Part shown: positions 54,582-55,175 of the stretch, piece after piece
Position numbering within the stretch: the stretch's first letter is position 1
Layout of the letters: the number at the start of each line of letters is the position of its first letter
From: an uncultured bacterium
GTDB taxonomy: Bacteria; Actinomycetota; Actinomycetes; S36-B12
Assembly: GCA_903850745.1 (NCBI GenBank)
Contig: CAINMH010000129.1
Location: forward strand, 1-55,175
Length of the DNA: 55,175 bases
Direction of reading: 5' to 3'
Notes under the pieces: model-generated
What the model was told of the DNA's origin: nothing
Databases searched by the model: none
The model's input: the letters and a program-made list of their open reading frames with translations, nothing else
Position numbers and translations under genes: made by a program

Positions 54582-55175
54582 TTAGCACCCAAAGCGGCGC
54601 TTGCGGGTCAACAACGCCACTAAGGCGCTTATGAAGACGAGCAACACCACGAGAATATCCACAACGACAATCAGGCCCAAATATGACGGTGGAGGCGGAG
54701 CCATCGCTTCGCCTAACCGGTAGAGCGAGAGTTCGTTGCCGGCCCACATCAACTCTGCACCTCGCAAGGCCGGCTTGGCGTCCGGCCCGGCAACATCGTG
54801 GGCAAGTACGGCATATTCAATTCCCATTTCTGGGGCAAAGTCGGTGAGGGCTTCACCCGCTGCCAAACGTCTGCCCACCTCTGCAGCGCGAGGGTCGTCG
54901 CCCACTACCGGTTGAACAATCCCATCGCGACCCACCAGCAGGTCGTCAGTGACCACAACGGAACGGGCCAAGAACCGAGGCATCGGGTCTAGCACTGTTC
55001 GCCGCTCGTTCCAACTGAAATTCCGGAACGCGACCCACGGTAGGGACACCACATCACTTGCTCCGGCACCTAGTTCCTCGCGCACCGACTCAAAGTCACT
55101 CGGATAGCTCACCGACGCCACCCGCCCCGAGGCGCCGAGCGCCAAGTCCGGCATTGTCGCCACCGGAATCACCAC
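54582..55175 (-). CDS. C-terminal part of a membrane protein (Rv0226c-like, probable GT-C); start lies beyond the window
   Basis: YP.D...V...LP...R.F.WN...VLDP.PR motif, C-terminal TM followed by basic residues; locus context. Confidence 0.7.
   Translation of the reverse strand: MVIPVATMPDLALGASGRVASVSYPSDFESVREELGAGASDVVSLPWVAFRNFSWNERRTVLDPMPRFLARSVVVTDDLLVGRDGIVQPVVGDDPRAAEVGRRLAAGEALTDFAPEMGIEYAVLAHDVAGPDAKPALRGAELMWAGNELSLYRLGEAMAPPPPSYLGLIVVVDILVVLLVFISALVALLTRKRRFGC

Overview
GC-rich, very gene-dense bacterial chromosome segment. Gene content and order (whiA-yvcK-rapZ-uvrC, gap-pgk-tpi-secG, sufR-sufBD-fdx-sufCSU-sufT, RbpA family, fabG-fabI, DUF3099/SURF1, aftD locus) point to an actinobacterium. 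The order looks more like non-mycolate actinomycetes than Mycobacterium, which is an inference. It is mostly core housekeeping: Fe-S assembly, glycolysis, heme o/a synthesis, nucleotide excision repair, rpsA/coaE and fatty-acid reductases. I found no rRNA, tRNA, CRISPR, transposase or prophage. Main points of interest: (1) an ABC-F gene broken by a single in-frame TAG in its inter-domain linker; (2) coaE has no ATG/GTG/TTG start and appears to begin at a CTG overlapping the rpsA stop; (3) at least 13 genes carry a TANNNT hexamer 6-8 nt before the start codon, suggesting pervasive leaderless transcription; (4) a lipoprotein with all six copper ligands of PHM/dopamine-beta-monooxygenase; (5) a compact AftD/Rv0224c-Rv0228-like glycan-modification locus, including a 55-aa membrane peptide missed by the ORF track; (6) the usual tkt-tal-zwf-opcA-pgl block is missing between ctaB and secG. 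Product calls rest on motif recognition by eye; no database searches were run.
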